Positions 13,260-28,824 of a stretch of 64,000 nucleotides of DNA are shown here, piece after piece. Under the pieces are notes generated by a model. That model was not told the origin of the DNA. It did no database searches and saw only the letters and a program-made list of their open reading frames with translations. The position numbers were made by a program, and so were the translations under genes. The stretch's first letter is position 1. Each line of letters begins with the position of its first letter. The DNA lies in contig OX597832.1 of assembly GCA_951406725.2 (NCBI GenBank), positions 46,314,001 to 46,378,000 on the forward strand, read 5' to 3'. This stretch comes from Octopus vulgaris. Its lineage: Eukaryota.

Positions 13260-14309
13260 ATTATAATAGATTAATAAATGCCCTTTCTTAGTTATTTAAA
13301 GTAGCAGATTGTATTGTTAAACCCACGATGTATATCGAACTGTGTTACAAGGAGTAGTATGAGAATTTATCAAACAGCTGTTACTTTTTAAAATGGGAAG
13401 TAAGATTGAAATATTATGTAATCAGTTAAATGAAGGTTTAATATTTAAATGGGAGCAACGCCAAAAATATTTTAAATTTTGTATGGTAAATATATCTCCT
13501 TGTTTCACATGATTTGAAGAATCGATGTGCTGTATCCCATGTTCAGCAATAAAATTAGTTCTAATCGAAGAAGGATTCAGATGAGAAATATTGTATTGCC
13601 CATGGTTGTAGAAAACGTTAAGAAAAAAGTGTGCTAAATCGTAGGAAAGCCATTTAGGTATTGTAAAATGTTTTGTTTCCCAAATACTCTGCTGATGAAG
13701 TAGTTGAAAGCGATAAAACGGATAACGTTTGCCTCGTGGAGAACTACTTTCCCATAAATCTGATTACTTAAAATTCAGTAAAACATTTTTGAGTGCTTTA
13801 CAGCGTGACATACAAAGCCATAGGTTTTCGTTGAATCGCGTCGGAATTGAGAAAGCAGAAGAGAAGCAGTTGTTATAAGAATGTATAAATAAAAATAAAA
13901 TTACAGGAAAGTAGAAAGGAGAAAGGGTAGAAATACGACAACAGATAGACAAATCATTTCTGAATTGAATATAGAATGTCTATAATCAATACACGCTTCT
14001 GCCGCAAGAGATATCAACTTATCGTTGGATATAATAAAGTGCTAGTCGATATGTTTCGTCCATATCTTTTGGCTTGTTTGTGTTACGTTTTTTAAGTGAC
14101 TACTGACTGTCACTAGGAGAATATATATAGATTTAACAATGTGTATATATGGACGTGTGTATATATGAGTATATGTTTATATGTAGATATGTTTGTTTTA
14201 TGGTACAGTTACACGTAAAAGCATATCTAAAATGTAGTATATTTTCAACAGCACAGCTATCTTTACATATTTATGTATATATGTATACATTTGTCTGTCT
14301 GTTTATCTG

Positions 14310-15017
<708 letters not shown>

Positions 15018-15357
15018 TGTAGCTTTCTCTATAAATACATAAATACATGCTCTTACACATTCATAATATGACAATTTTCCGAACAGTTTCACACTACAGG
15101 TTTCAGTAAGAAATCAATAAGCGAACCGAGATTTTTCTAGAAGACATTCATTGTAGATGCACGCAGTGGGAGCGAAATTAAAGCCATCTAATTGCAAAGC
15201 CAAATTCTTCACCACTCAGTTTTGTCTGCGCAAATAGGACAATTCAAATCTTAACACATATAGAAATTTTACCAAAAGGTTTTTAACATTTTTCGTGTAG
15301 TAACAGAATTGGAAGAGGCCGGAAGGAAAAAATATCGATACATACATACGTACATAC

Positions 15358-15830
<473 letters not shown>

Positions 15831-15854
15831 TATATATATATATATATATATAAA

Positions 15855-16042
15855 GTTATTCCAAACAAGAAAACAAAAATACAACAACGCAAGGATGTGG
15901 AACAAATAAAGTATTATTGGACGCTCAGGAAAGAAGGGAAGAAGGAGGGTTTGACGTTTCGTCGGAAACATAGGAGAAAGAAAGATCCCGAGAAGGGGAA
16001 GACAGAGGAAAAAAATTGCAAGTAGTATTCACGAGGTCACAT
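15855..16042 (-). mobile_element. Family E element with hammerhead stem II deleted
   Basis: Minus strand reads GTTTCCGACGAAACGTCAAAC, a deletion between the two CGAA words. Confidence 0.85.
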
Positions 16043-16639
16043 ACTAAAAAGACGGAAGTGGTATATATATATATATATATATAAGAGAGAGAGTTAATGC
16101 TGATTATATTGCCCATATGAGAATAAAATTGACCAAGTTTTATAGGAGTTTCTGTTGACCTACTTAATAAAATGTACTATGCAATTACGGTATACCAGAT
16201 GTACGTGGTATGATACAAAATAAACGATAGTTAACGTAAGCTTTCTCTGAATATAACCAGATCATAAACACCGTGTAATAATTATGTCGAAACTGGCGAG
16301 CTTAATACTTTAAAAACAAAGGAGACGCTAGAGCTAAACATATTATTTGAATTGTATGTACATACTTACGCTCCGAGCAAAATCGTGTGCAGTCAAATAG
16401 TACAGGGATATTACGGTACCATGCTTAATTTATTCATTTAATGCAGTTTTGGTCTGGGGATTGGTGAGGCGGTTAAATGTCGTTTTGGACTCAGCTGATT
16501 TTTGTTGCCTATTTTGCGTTACTGATTCGATTCTGTCATTTTTGACATAAGACCGTTTTAAGGTTTCTCCCGTTCTCTCTCTCCTTCTATCTCTTTCACT
16601 TCTATCTCTTCACTATCTTTTTTTACCAATATTGTGTGT

Positions 16640-17305
16640 ATATTTCTGTGCATGTGAACATGTGTGTGAATATGTGCATGCGTGTGCGTGAGCGTGTGTA
16701 CGTGTGTGTGTGTGGGGGGAGGGGTGTTCGTGAGTTTGTGTGTATGCGTGTGTGTGAGTATGTGTGCATGCTTGTGCGTGTGTGTATGTGTGTGTGTGTG
16801 CGTTCGTGAGTTTGTGCGTATGCGTGTGTGTGAGTATGTGTGCATGCTTGTGCGTGTGTGTATGTGTGTGTGTGTGTGCGTTCGTGAGTTTGTGCGTATG
16901 CGTGTGTGTGAGTATGTGTGCATGCGTGTGTGTGTTAGAATCCAGCGCCAAACTTTTGTGTACGTGTCTGTACGATGAACGTGTGTGTGAATATGTGTAT
17001 GCGTGTGAATATCTTTGTGTGCGAGCGTGCGTGTGTGTGCGTTCGTGAGTTTGTGCGTATGTGTGTGTGTGAGTATGTGTACATGCGTGTGCGCTCGTGT
17101 GTGTGTGTGTTAGAATCCAGCACCAAACGTTTGTGTGCGTGTCTGTACGACGAACATGTGCGTGAATGTGTATGTGAGTGTGTATGTGTGTGAATATGTG
17201 TATGCGTGAGTGTGTGAGTGTGGGTCTGCGTTTGTGTGTGTGTGTGTGCGATTGTGTGTGTGCCTTTGTGTGTGTGTGTGTGCTTGTGTTAGAATCCAGC
17301 GCCAA
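16640..17305. repeat. TG-rich higher-order minisatellite
   Basis: TGTTAGAATCCAGC(G/A)CCAA recurs at about 16933, 17108 and 17288; GTTCGTGAGTTTGTG subunits recur four times. Confidence 0.85.
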
Positions 17306-18815
17306 GTGATTCTATGGGCAAAAGAGTTTTAAAATTTAGACAGCCATGCCCAATCATCGGCGTCAAAACAGCTGTGCCTAGTCGTCTCATACTATGGTGA
17401 GATTCTATCGATATGCTTTTATCCTGGAAATGGCATGTCGACAGCATGAAGACGACCGATACGCTGAGAAGAATTTGGAAATGGAATGAATTCTTGGAAA
17501 AATGATATTAGGAAAAGTGGTTAATGATGTGTTATGATTGGTGGACGGAAAAGTGAAAATCGTGATGGGTGGATACAGAAATGGCTTAGATGGGTTTAAG
17601 TGGGCGTGTCAAAACACCGGCAAAAGGAGACTTACATATCTCACAGTCGTAGTAGTAATAGAAAAAGAAAAAGAAAGTGTTACAAGGCATTGTGTCAGTG
17701 AGTCGAGTGTGTGAGAGAATAATTTCCTTCCATTACGTCCTTTTATACGATTATCTAAATAGTGCGATATTAATGTAAAATTTATTTCAATTTTGAAGAA
17801 ATAACTGAGGCACATCCAGATAGAGACACATGCAGACACACACACACACACACACGCGCGCAAACAAAAATACACGTCCACTATCTCCCATAAGCACGGG
17901 AACTTAATTCATATATACATTCATTTATTAGCAAATACACACACGCAAATACACATACACACACAAATATACACACACACACGCATATATTGTTGCTATC
18001 ATGTTAAACTGTCGTAACTCCAAATTTGGCGAAATGCGTATTTCTCAATATGTATGTTTGCTTGCAATAGCCGATTCTTTTGATCAAACTATCGTATCTC
18101 CAGCTGCCACGATATCAGAAATTGATATATAATAGTGAACTTATTTTTTCGTTTTCTGAAATAGCAACATTTTGGACTTACGACACTTTTGCCTTATACA
18201 AACGATCTATACATGCATACACTGGAGTATATAAGAAGAAACATGTTATCGAAAGTATTAAAAATATATACTTATGTTTCACAATAAGTAGGTTTCTACA
18301 TATTCCTATATTTCTTAAAATTCTTTTATGCTACATTCTACTTATTGTTTTCTCGCCAAGTATCTCTATTGAATATCATATTAGTGACCTTCTTGAACAG
18401 AAAAGCATTAGACTACCGTTGACCTCCTTCAAAATGAAGTGTGTGGGGTTAAGAAGTTTACGAAGTTAGAGATATTTTTCATTTTATTATAGAACACAAT
18501 ATATCTTCATTTGAAGAAAGTTTTCAAATCAGTCAATATAGGAATCGAATATTATTCAGGTAAAGCTAATATTTTTTTTTCTTGCATCTGCTGCTGTTGT
18601 TGCTGATGGTGCCAATTTTGGTTGTGGCGGTGTTTTTGTTTTCATGCTGTTTTCCATAATATGCTGTCGAGGTAACTAGACTTTATTTTAAAGATATACA
18701 TATTGATGATTGAAAAGAAGGAATCTCCATTACCTTGTGTAAACCATTTTCTTTTCTTGTTTGTCCTCCTGTGCACATGTATGAGTATTCATCACATCTA
18801 GATATGTGTGGGTTT

Positions 18816-19210
18816 GTAGGAGTGGCTGTGTGGTAAGTAGCTTGCTAACCAACCACATGGTTCCGGGTTCAGTCCCACTGCGTGGCATCTTGGGCAAGTA
18901 TCTGCTGCTATAGCCCCAGGCCGACCAAGTACTTGTGAGTGGATTTGGTAGACGGAAACTGAAAAGAAGCCTGTCGTATATATGTATATATATGTATATG
19001 TGTGTCTGTGTTTGTCCCCACTAGCATTGCTTGACAACCGATGCTGGTGTGTTTACGTTCCCGTTACTTAGCGGTTCGGCAAAAGAGACCGATAGAATAA
19101 GTACTGGGCTTACAAAGTATAAGTCCCGGGGTCGATTTGCTCGACTAAAGGCGGTGCTCCTGCATGGCCGCAGTCAAATGACTGAAACAAGTAAAAGAGT
19201 AAGAAAGAGT
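18816..19210 (+). mobile_element. SINE family A (copy 1 of tandem duplication)
   Basis: Head lacks the first few nt; complete tail. Confidence 0.92.
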
Positions 19211-19493
19211 ATATATGTATATATATAATAATTATTATTTGAGGGAATAAAATCCAAACTTACAAGGAAAAAAATTCAATTTTAGAAATACTAAGTCAAA
19301 TTTCACACAATATAATATATATAAAATATATATATGCGCTTTTGTTATTTTTTGGTAATTTACTTAATCATTTACATTTTATTGTTATTTTAATTTTGAT
19401 ATTTCTATTATATGTAATTTTCTAGATGGTGTAATTTAATTGTTCATTTTGAAATGATAACAGGTGTTTTTTTTCTAATTTTATATATATATA

Positions 19494-19897
19494 GGCGCAG
19501 GAGTGGCTGTGTGGTAAGTATATTGTTTACCAGCCACATGGTCCCGGGTTCAGTCCCACTGCGTGGCATCTTGGGCAAGTATCTGCTGCTATAGCCCCGG
19601 GGCCAACCAAGTACTTGTGAGTGGATTTGGTAGACGGAAACTGAAAAGAAGCCTGTCGTATATATGTATGTATATATGTATATGTGTGTGTGTCTGTGTT
19701 TGTCCCCCTAGCATTGCTTGACAACCGATGCTGGTGTGTTTACGTCCCCGTCACATTAGCGGTTCGGCAAAAGAGACCGATAGAATAAGTACTGGGCTTA
19801 CAAAGAATAAGTCCCGGGGTCGATTTGCTCGACTAAAGGCGGTGCTCCTGCATGGCCGCTGTCATATGACTGAAACAAGTAAAAGAGTAAAAAAGAG

Positions 19898-19898
<1 letters not shown>
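19494..19898 (+). mobile_element. SINE family A (copy 2 of tandem duplication)
   Basis: Full head and tail; shares private variants with the 18816 copy. Confidence 0.92.
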
Positions 19899-19929
<31 letters not shown>

Positions 19930-20167
19930 AATTATTATTTGAGGGAATAAAATCCAAACTTACAAGGGAAAAAATTCAATTTTAGAAATACTAAGTCAAA
20001 TTTCACACAATATAATATATATAAAATATATATATACGTTTTTATTAATTTTTTGCAATTTACTTAATCATTGACATTTTATTGTTATTTTAATTTTAAT
20101 ATTTCTGTAATTTTCTAGATGGTGTAATTTAATTGTTAATTTTGAATTGATAAAAGGTGTTTTTTTC

Positions 20168-20247
<80 letters not shown>

Positions 20248-21374
20248 ATATATAGTGCAGTCATATGGTGTCGTGCATGTTGTGTGTGTAACCAGGGTAG
20301 TATTGGTGAAGGTAAGCCTCAGTCTTTCAACTAATAATTCAGAGAATATATCTCTGGCGAAATAAAATTTAACGAAATATCCAGTCATCCTTTTTACGTA
20401 TGGATTAACATAACACATTTAGGAAAGTACTTTCGCAATTTTTTTCTACTTTCGTAATTGTTTTCTGCCTTTGTTCCAAATGCAATTTATCCTGACCCTA
20501 TATTAGAGGTTATAGCATTGTAAAACCAAAGTTTTTCGCTGATATGCATTTTAAAATTTGCTTGTGATTTTAGAATATAAACGAGATAAAGTGTATTGAG
20601 TTTCAATGTAATTGCTCTCACACAGCAATTCATAAGGTTACAAACATATATGTATATGAGTATTTATCTATCCATTTATCACTCCTTCTTTCTCTCTCTG
20701 TCGCTCACTGCCTCTGTCTCTTTCTATTTATTAGTCTGTGAGCATCACGCGCAATTTAAAACAGAATCCCCCACTAAATACTTTGTATGTAATCACAGTG
20801 TCCGCTCGATAAATTGAGCCACTGTTTAGCTGTTAAGTTACGTTTTGCCGAGCGATACACGCATCCTATTATGACTAAACTGATCTTTTACTAAATCAAA
20901 ATAAATGTGTAATATTACAGCCCCGTTCTGTATGTAACGCGATCATATAGTTCAAGGTTTCTGAACTGATACTTATTCTCACTCAACCACTTCTGGTCTA
21001 TTGGTAATAAATTCAGAATAAACGGATATTTGATTTTCTTTCTATTTATTCTTCAATATGTGAAACAGGAAAGAAAATTAAAAGGAGATGTCACTTATAA
21101 AACCTTAGCTTGTATATTATAAATTCCATACAGTTATTTATGATTTGATAAATTTCCCGCATGAAACTTCCTAAACGAATTAGTGAGTAGAGACAATTAT
21201 CTATTACTTCTTATATCCATGCATAAAATACTCCAGGAAAGTTGATTTAAGTGAGATTTCCAAGTATGTTTGAAATTTTGAATTCCTCTGCGTTAACGAC
21301 AACTCGATGTTAAACAGATATTACATTATAAAGTGTGTTTCTAAACGTGACTGAAAATTATGGGGTAAACATAA

Positions 21375-21843
21375 CTCTCTTTTACTCTTTTACTTGTTTC
21401 AGTCATTTGACTGTGGCCATGCTGGAGCACCGCCTTTAGTCAAGGAAATCAACCTCCAGGACTTATTATTTTGCCGAAACGCTAAGTAAAGAGGAGGTAA
21501 ACACACCATCATCGGTTGTCAAGCGATGTTGGGATGGGGACGAAAACATTCACACAAACATATACATGTGTATGTACATGTATACGACGGGCTTCTTTCA
21601 GTTTCCGTCTACCAAATCCACTCTCAAGGCTTTGGTCGGCCCGAGGCTATAGTAGAAGACACTTGCCCAAGGTGCCATGCAGTAGGACTGAACCCGGAAC
21701 CATGTGGTTCGTAAGCAAGCTACTTACCACACAGCCACTCCTACGCCTATGTTCAAAAAATGTGTACCAAACACGTAGTGGGACTGAATCCGGAACCATG
21801 TGGTTGGTAAGCAAGCTACTTACCACACAGCCACTCCTGCGCC
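21375..21843 (-). mobile_element. SINE family A with an extra head (21772-21843)
   Basis: Main copy 21375-21748; a second ~70-bp head follows a ~23-bp spacer. Confidence 0.9.
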
Positions 21844-22016
21844 TATGTAACTTGAAATATATGTTGAATCTAAAATCCTAAAAAATATTGGTGAAAAAGT
21901 TCACAATTTCTATATATATACACCTGGTCTGGTTCTACGCAAATCAAACGATCCAACTCATAGCGTTTCTTATACTTTGACGTACCTTGTACATAAGATT
22001 ACAGACGTGCATCTAT

Positions 22017-22071
<55 letters not shown>

Positions 22072-22131
22072 CACACACACATGTATGCTTATGCATGCAT
22101 ATATGTATGTATGTATCTATCTATCTATTTA

Positions 22132-22166
<35 letters not shown>

Positions 22167-22511
22167 CTCTAGAAAATATATAACTAAATTATATAGAAGC
22201 AATTAGTCATATTATATTTCGCCTCGCTGGATGAATCGGTTTCAGATCTATAATTTGTTATGAATAATAGTCTTTTGCTAGAATTCTATAGTCCAACACC
22301 ATACACGTCATATGAATATGTTTTCCGTAATTCAGTCAGAGCTTTGAACACAACTCCGTCATCATAATTGCCGAGAGTGTGGTATGAAATTGTATGAAGT
22401 TTCGTACAATGCGACGTGTCTGCAAGATCTCTTTTTGACAATAGAAGAAATCAACCGGGGATTGATTTTCTGTTTATTGTTTGTCTTCGCTACAAGAATT
22501 ACATAGTAACT

Positions 22512-22890
22512 GGAGGCGCAATGGCCCAGTGGTTAGGGTAGCGGACTCGCGGTCATAGGATCGCGGTCATAGGACCGGGCGTTGTGAGTGTTTATTGAGC
22601 GAAAACACCTAAAGCTCCACGAGGCTCCGGCAGAGGATGGTGGTGATCCCTGCTGTACTCTTTCACCACAACTTTCTCTCACTCTTATTTCCTGTTTCTG
22701 TTGTACCTGTATTTCAAAGGGCCGGCCTTATCACTCTCTGTGTCACGCCGAATATCCCCGAGAACTACGTTAAGGGTACACGTGTCTGTGGAGTGCTCAG
22801 CCACTTACACGTTAATTTCACGAGCAGGCTGTTCCGTTGAATCGGATCAACCGGAACCATCGTCGTCGTAACCGACGGAGTGCTTACACC
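22512..22890 (+). mobile_element. SINE C-head/X-tail, full length, 12-bp TSD
   Basis: tRNA-like head GGAGGCGCAATGGCCCAGTGGTTAGGG; TSD ACATAGTAACTG at 22501-22512 and 22891-22902. Confidence 0.92.
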
Positions 22891-23123
22891 ACATAGTAAC
22901 TGTATTTTCTGAAATAATTTATAACCAAAGCATCTCTGATCTATGCTTGTATGTTTACAAATGGCTGACTGGAATTTGTGTGTGCCGTGTACGCACATAC
23001 ATGTTACGAATCTGTGAAAGATTAATTCCTTTTAGATATATATTGTTTTCCGGATCTAGTCCTTCTTATTCGCAAAATGAGCTGAGCCCCCTTCCTTAAT
23101 TTTGCTCTGATTGCTTTCAATTT

Positions 23124-23489
23124 TAGTTAGTTAGTTAATTTGGCTCAAAAGCAAATAGCAAGGCCATGTAGGGGGACTTGGAGTTAAGTACAGGGTGGTG
23201 TTCATGTAAAGAGTTCAGGCCACTTGAGGTCAAGAGAGGCTTTGAACAAAGCGGTCGTCGGCATCTTCACCATCTCGTCTGGCAGCTTGTTCCAGGGATC
23301 CGCAACCCGGACGGAGAAAGCTCCTCTCCTTCGATTGAGATGAAATCGTCGCAGGTAGAGCTTTTCGGAGTGACCCCGCAGCCGACGCTCTGGAACAGGA
23401 GTGAAGAACAGCTCTTTCGAGAGGTTACACTTTCCGCTTATGATGTTGTGAGCAAGAATGAGATCACCACGGCGGCGGCGTTTTTCTAG
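23124..23489 (-). mobile_element. 5'-truncated CR1-type LINE: ORF2 C-terminus, short 3' UTR, (TAAC)n tail
   Basis: 23489-23202 translates without stops as LEKRRRRGDLILAHNIISG...RLRGHSEKL...FSVRVADPWNKLP...LFKASLD...*, the typical CR1 ORF2 end. Confidence 0.88.
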
Positions 23490-25596
23490 TGTATAGATGC
23501 AACACTGAATTTAGATTACAATCAACCAATTACTTCATCTCGTAAATTAAAAAAAAATCTGATGTTACTACGAATTAAATTTGGGAAATTTGAGTAATTT
23601 TAGCCAATCAACAGAAACGCGGTTTTAGAAGCTCGTTACCATGACAGCCGTGCTGTGTTGTGGTTCTCTGTTTACTGTGCCACTGTTGTCTATGTTGATT
23701 TTTCACACTTGATTCTTCACACCACGAGATTCTTTCACCCGATATTTTGTTTTAATTTTTCTCTATAATTACAGATAATTACGTATTTTTTACAAATAAT
23801 TACATTTTACCAAAAATAATTACATGCAAATAATTACATATTTGTTGTGCTTTTACTCTGTGTTAGTACTTTTACATATTTTTCATTTCATATATTTTTG
23901 GGACTCATTGACTCAGATAGCTGGATTTATGATTTCACTAGGTTAATTCTATTCATAAAAATTTTAATTTGGAGTATTACTTAAACCGTTAGCTTCACAT
24001 TTCAACAGCTCGACTAAAATTTAGCCCACGTAACAGGAACAGAGAGGGATATCATGGAACAGAGGAACTATGGATGATACAGCTAATTTGACACTACTTT
24101 TGAATATTCTGCGTGAAAAAACATTTTGTTGACCAGTGTTATTCTTATCGTAGTTTACAAATCCAAGCAAGAAAACTTTAGTCTACTTTAGAGCTTTGGA
24201 GACAGACGCCCCCTTTTCACACACACACACGTACACATACATTTACTTATATATTACTGATGTTCATAAATACATGGCAAGTATATATAATACTGAAAAA
24301 GCATAAACTTAACAGAAGCAGACAAATATATTAATATAGTATATTTTTTAAATGATTAAAAAATACTATGAATGAAGAGAGAAAAGAAACAGTAAGATGA
24401 TACATGTTGATTTTATTAGGTATTTCTGTTTATTTAGAAACCTACAATGAACAGGTCAGTCGCTAAACTATAAATTTCACAGGGTACAAACTTAAAGTTG
24501 TCAACGCTTCGCTAAATGCAGAAAATTTCTGTCTCGCTATTGACGCTATCGGCTAGAAAAATCCAGTGATTTCGATTTTTAAACCTCTGCAAAGTTTTTT
24601 CTCCATTTTCTTTCTCCACAACATCATACCTGCAAAGCAATGAGATTGGCAGGCTACATTATTATGGCCGATTTTCAGATTTTTACTTCCTTTTAAAAAC
24701 TGCCTATTTTGCGAATGACAAAAACTAGATCCGTTTTCCTTGCTGAATTGTTCGACAAAATCTCTCCAAATCTCATGCCATAATCGCACAAGTTAAAGCA
24801 AACTTATATTTGGTAATGATGGCTAAATAACTAGGTATATATTTAGATATATACGATCATATTTTAACGAAACTCAGAATGAAGTGCACTGCTTTGGTAT
24901 GATCGTCATCAAACTAAATTATGCTTTCGTCACTATTTTCACATTAATATGCATATGTCAACTGCCACTGAGATAGATGACTTTGCCGTTCATCCCTCGG
25001 GATCGATAAAATAAGTAGAATTTGAGTTATCTGCTAGCTTGCTCCCTCAAAATTTCAGGCCTTGTACCTATAGTGGAAACTAGTATTTATATATTGAATT
25101 ATTTGGCAATTGGCATTATCATTTATGCCATGATATGTACATAGGTTATTTGGGAAGGAACAGAGTATGATTATAATCTTTAGTTTCGTTTACGTTTTCA
25201 TGTCTAGCTTCAAGAGTTGCACGTCTAAGCAGAGAGAGATAGAGAGAGAGAGAAAGCGTGAAAGAGAGAGAGAAACAGAGGGAGATGAAAGAAGGAAGGA
25301 GAGAAAGGTGAAGAAAGAGAGTGAGAGCGAGAGAGTGAAGTTGGGAAAGATCTGATAACTGAAATTACGTGTCGGACTTAATTAGATTAATGCCATAAAC
25401 GTGAACGTTATAAAATCATTAGATAATTTTTGAAATGTGGCGATGACAGTAAAGATTTATCAAAGCACTATGACGTGTCTCTTGATTTTCCTTTTAGCAA
25501 TAAAGAAAAACAAAATTCACATTCAAGAGATTACGTCTGCTTTTGCTTTTTTGTTTAAATCATTGGACATCTAACTGTTAATATGATTACCAACGT

Positions 25597-25863
25597 AATA
25601 ATAATAATAATAATAATGATAATAATAATAATAGTAATATTAATAATAATAATAATAATAATAATAATGATAATAATAATAATAATGATAATAATAATAG
25701 TAATAATAATAATAATAATAATGATAATAATAATAATAATATTAATAATATAATAATATTAATAATAGTAATAATAATAAGAAGAATAAGAATAATAGTA
25801 ATAACACTATTACTACTACTACTACTACTACTACAACTACTACTACTACTACTAATAATAATA

Positions 25864-25899
<36 letters not shown>

Positions 25900-26024
25900 G
25901 TAATAATAATAATAATAGTGATAATAATATGATAATAATAATAGTAATAATAATAATAATAATAATAGTAGTAATAATAATAATAATAATGATAATAATA
26001 ACAATAATAATAGTAATAATAATA

Positions 26025-26063
<39 letters not shown>

Positions 26064-26140
26064 GTGATAATAATATGATAATAATAATAATAGTAATAAT
26101 AATAATAATAATAGTAATAATAATAATAATAATAATAATA
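25597..26140. repeat. (AAT)n array with AGT/GAT/ACT variants
   Basis: Direct inspection. Confidence 0.97.
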
Positions 26141-27149
26141 CCTGATTATAAATAACTGATGTGATGGTGATAAATGTAACAACAATAAAGATAATATCAG
26201 TAATCAATTAAAATACGCAATATCAATATTATCAGTTCGTTTATGAGTTGTTTTCTGTTAATAATGTTGATATTGATATCGTTTGATGTTCGCAAATATT
26301 AATGATGCGACGACATGTTAATTTCTATAAATGTAGTAATGACTTGATATTTAGCCAAATATCTAAAGTATCCAAATAAATTTCATTTCGATTATAATAA
26401 TATTTTACAGTAGATTTTAATGAGCGAGATCTTCAACTCTTTGGTTAATGATATGCTTGGAGGTTACATGATTTATCACAGCATTCAATACTATGATCTT
26501 GTGAAAAATTTGACAGGTTTATGCTGCTCTGTAACCGGCGCGTAATTAAATGCAGTTTGAATTAGAATCGTAGCCACAATATGTATTTGATTCCTGTATC
26601 TAATTGCTTGTTTTTTTTTTCTTTTTTTCGCAATCTTGAAAATTTTCGAAAATGAAAAAATAAAGTCCTGAGAGTTATCATAAACCTTCAGTAATTGAAA
26701 GGATCTTACTATAGTTCACAAGATGTTTTATTATTGAACGCTATTATAAGTTTTCAACTTATTCCAATTGAAATTGGCCTTGAATACAATGAGATCACAA
26801 AACCTTCACGTAACACTATCCTCTGCAAAGGAGAATTTATTTTCCCATTAATGTCATGTTACTTGAAAGTCGATGAACATTGAAATATAATAAAAATTAA
26901 GCTTCTCCTTCTTGCAGAGCTCATTCGGCTTTATTTTAATAATCATAGCGTGTTTCAGAGGCAAATTCTGCCTTTACAATTGATATATCCCTGTCTGTTA
27001 TCGTGTTTATATGTGTCTATATATATATACACACATAACGTCAGCTTTTGCTTTTTCTTTACTCATTGGGCATGTATCTGTTAATATGATTACCGAAGAG
27101 CTTGCTGTGTATATATATATATATATATATCTATATATATATATATAAA

Positions 27150-27443
27150 GTTAATCCAAACAAGAAGGCACAAAAAAAACACAACAACGCTAGGACGTGG
27201 AACAAATATAGTATTATTGGACGCTCAGGAAAGAAGGAAAGAAGGAGGGTCCAACGTTTTGAGCGGAGCTCTTCGTCGGAAACATAGGAGAAGGAAAGAT
27301 CCAGAGAAGGGAAGACAGAGGAAAAAATCGCCAACGGTACACACGCGGTCACATTTTGAATGACCGGTAGGAATGTTGTCTATTGACTTTATTACGCATT
27401 CTGGCCACCGGTATGAAAATTTAGAGAAATTTTCTACCCTTAT

Positions 27444-27445
<2 letters not shown>
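27150..27445 (-). mobile_element. Family E element, longest copy, mutated hammerhead core
   Basis: Core region 27150-27360 plus about 85 bp of further unique sequence before the next TA tract; CCGACGA and AAAAC changes. Confidence 0.85.
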
Positions 27446-27490
<45 letters not shown>

Positions 27491-28824
27491 TGTGTTTCAT
27501 ATGTTTCATGCGTATAATGATTGTGTAAATACGTATATATTTTTGAAAACTCGGTAACCATGAACAAATAAAATACAGGCGAAGTATATCACGGAAGAAA
27601 AAGCTGCAAAATATAAAGACTGCAGTCGACTGCAGTTTTAAATCATGACATATTTTGCTTCAACAATTATATTTTGGGAGTCTTTTTTTGTTTGTTAATT
27701 TGTTTGGTTGGGTATATGCATATTTATGTAAGATGCGCTCTTTGTATACGTAATTCAATGCATCTAGTTTTTATCAACCACGTAATTCAAACTCACCGGA
27801 ATCGGAAATTGAAGTTTAATAGGCAGAATTATTCAACATTTTGTAAAAGTGTAACTACATGTATTATTCAAATGAAACTCCACTTCTTTTTGTTTGGGGA
27901 GAAAAGAAAGTGCTGATAATACTTTATGCCAGTCAAAGCATGCTTTTTACGAACTACACAATCATTTTATTTACATAAAGAGACCTGAACGAAGACAGCA
28001 TGAGATAAGATGATATTCCTTTTCCACTGTCAAGTAATCAGAAATCGTGCATGTTTTTACATAAACGAACCTCTGTTCCTTTTTTTTATAAATCGAAAGA
28101 AATTTCTTGTGCACCGAGTGGATTCGTGACATATGTAATCTTTCTAGAATAACTGCTTCGCTTGGTACAACATTTGCTTCAATTATGTGCAAAATTATTC
28201 TGATGAAACGCATTTGCCGGGGGAATCGAGCCAAAGTTTGTGTCATGCAACATTTCTTTGGTTTTCTGCCAAAATATATTTTTATGGAAAACGATCTGAA
28301 ATATTAAAAAGAAAACAAAATGAAAAAAAATGTATACATTTTTTGTCTAATTATGGAACGTACACGAATAAGTTAGATAGCACCCTGCATTAAATAAAAG
28401 AATACACGTTGTAACTTGTAGATTATAAACACGAAATTTCGGTGAGAAATGAATTTAAAAGAGAAATTCGATATTAAAAATCAAGCAGAAAGTGTTAATA
28501 TAATTTGGCAATAAATGAAAGAGATGCAAGCAATGTGCAACTGATACGATAATATAAGAAGCTGATTCGCATATTACATTAATATTTCCTTCAAGTATAA
28601 ATCTAAAAATATACATAGATATTACTCACTAGTTCCTTCTTTATCCTCGGCCGGAAAAAATGTGGACACACTGCCATTCGATCGAGCAACTGTTTTGCGA
28701 GAGCAGAGAAAAAGAAGTCTTATACTTAGAGCATATCACAGAGCTATTAAAATAGGCACAAAGCTATTAGAATAGGTTATTCGTTTCTTCTTTTGTTCTT
28801 TTTCTTGCATAAGTTATTGCTCAC

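Noticed and set aside
13693-13716. CTGATGA...GAAA hammerhead-like words
   Set aside because: No convincing stem I, II or III pairing; likely chance.
16933-17305. Regularly spaced 19-nt motif resembling a CRISPR repeat
   Set aside because: The intervals are mutually similar TG repeats of ~160 bp, the context is eukaryotic and there are no cas genes.
22512-22560. SINE heads as functional tRNA genes
   Set aside because: They continue into repeat bodies with TSDs; in this copy the B box is replaced by a local duplication.
27870-28392. Tc1/mariner-like end (CACCCTG)
   Set aside because: No matching opposite TIR or transposase motif found.
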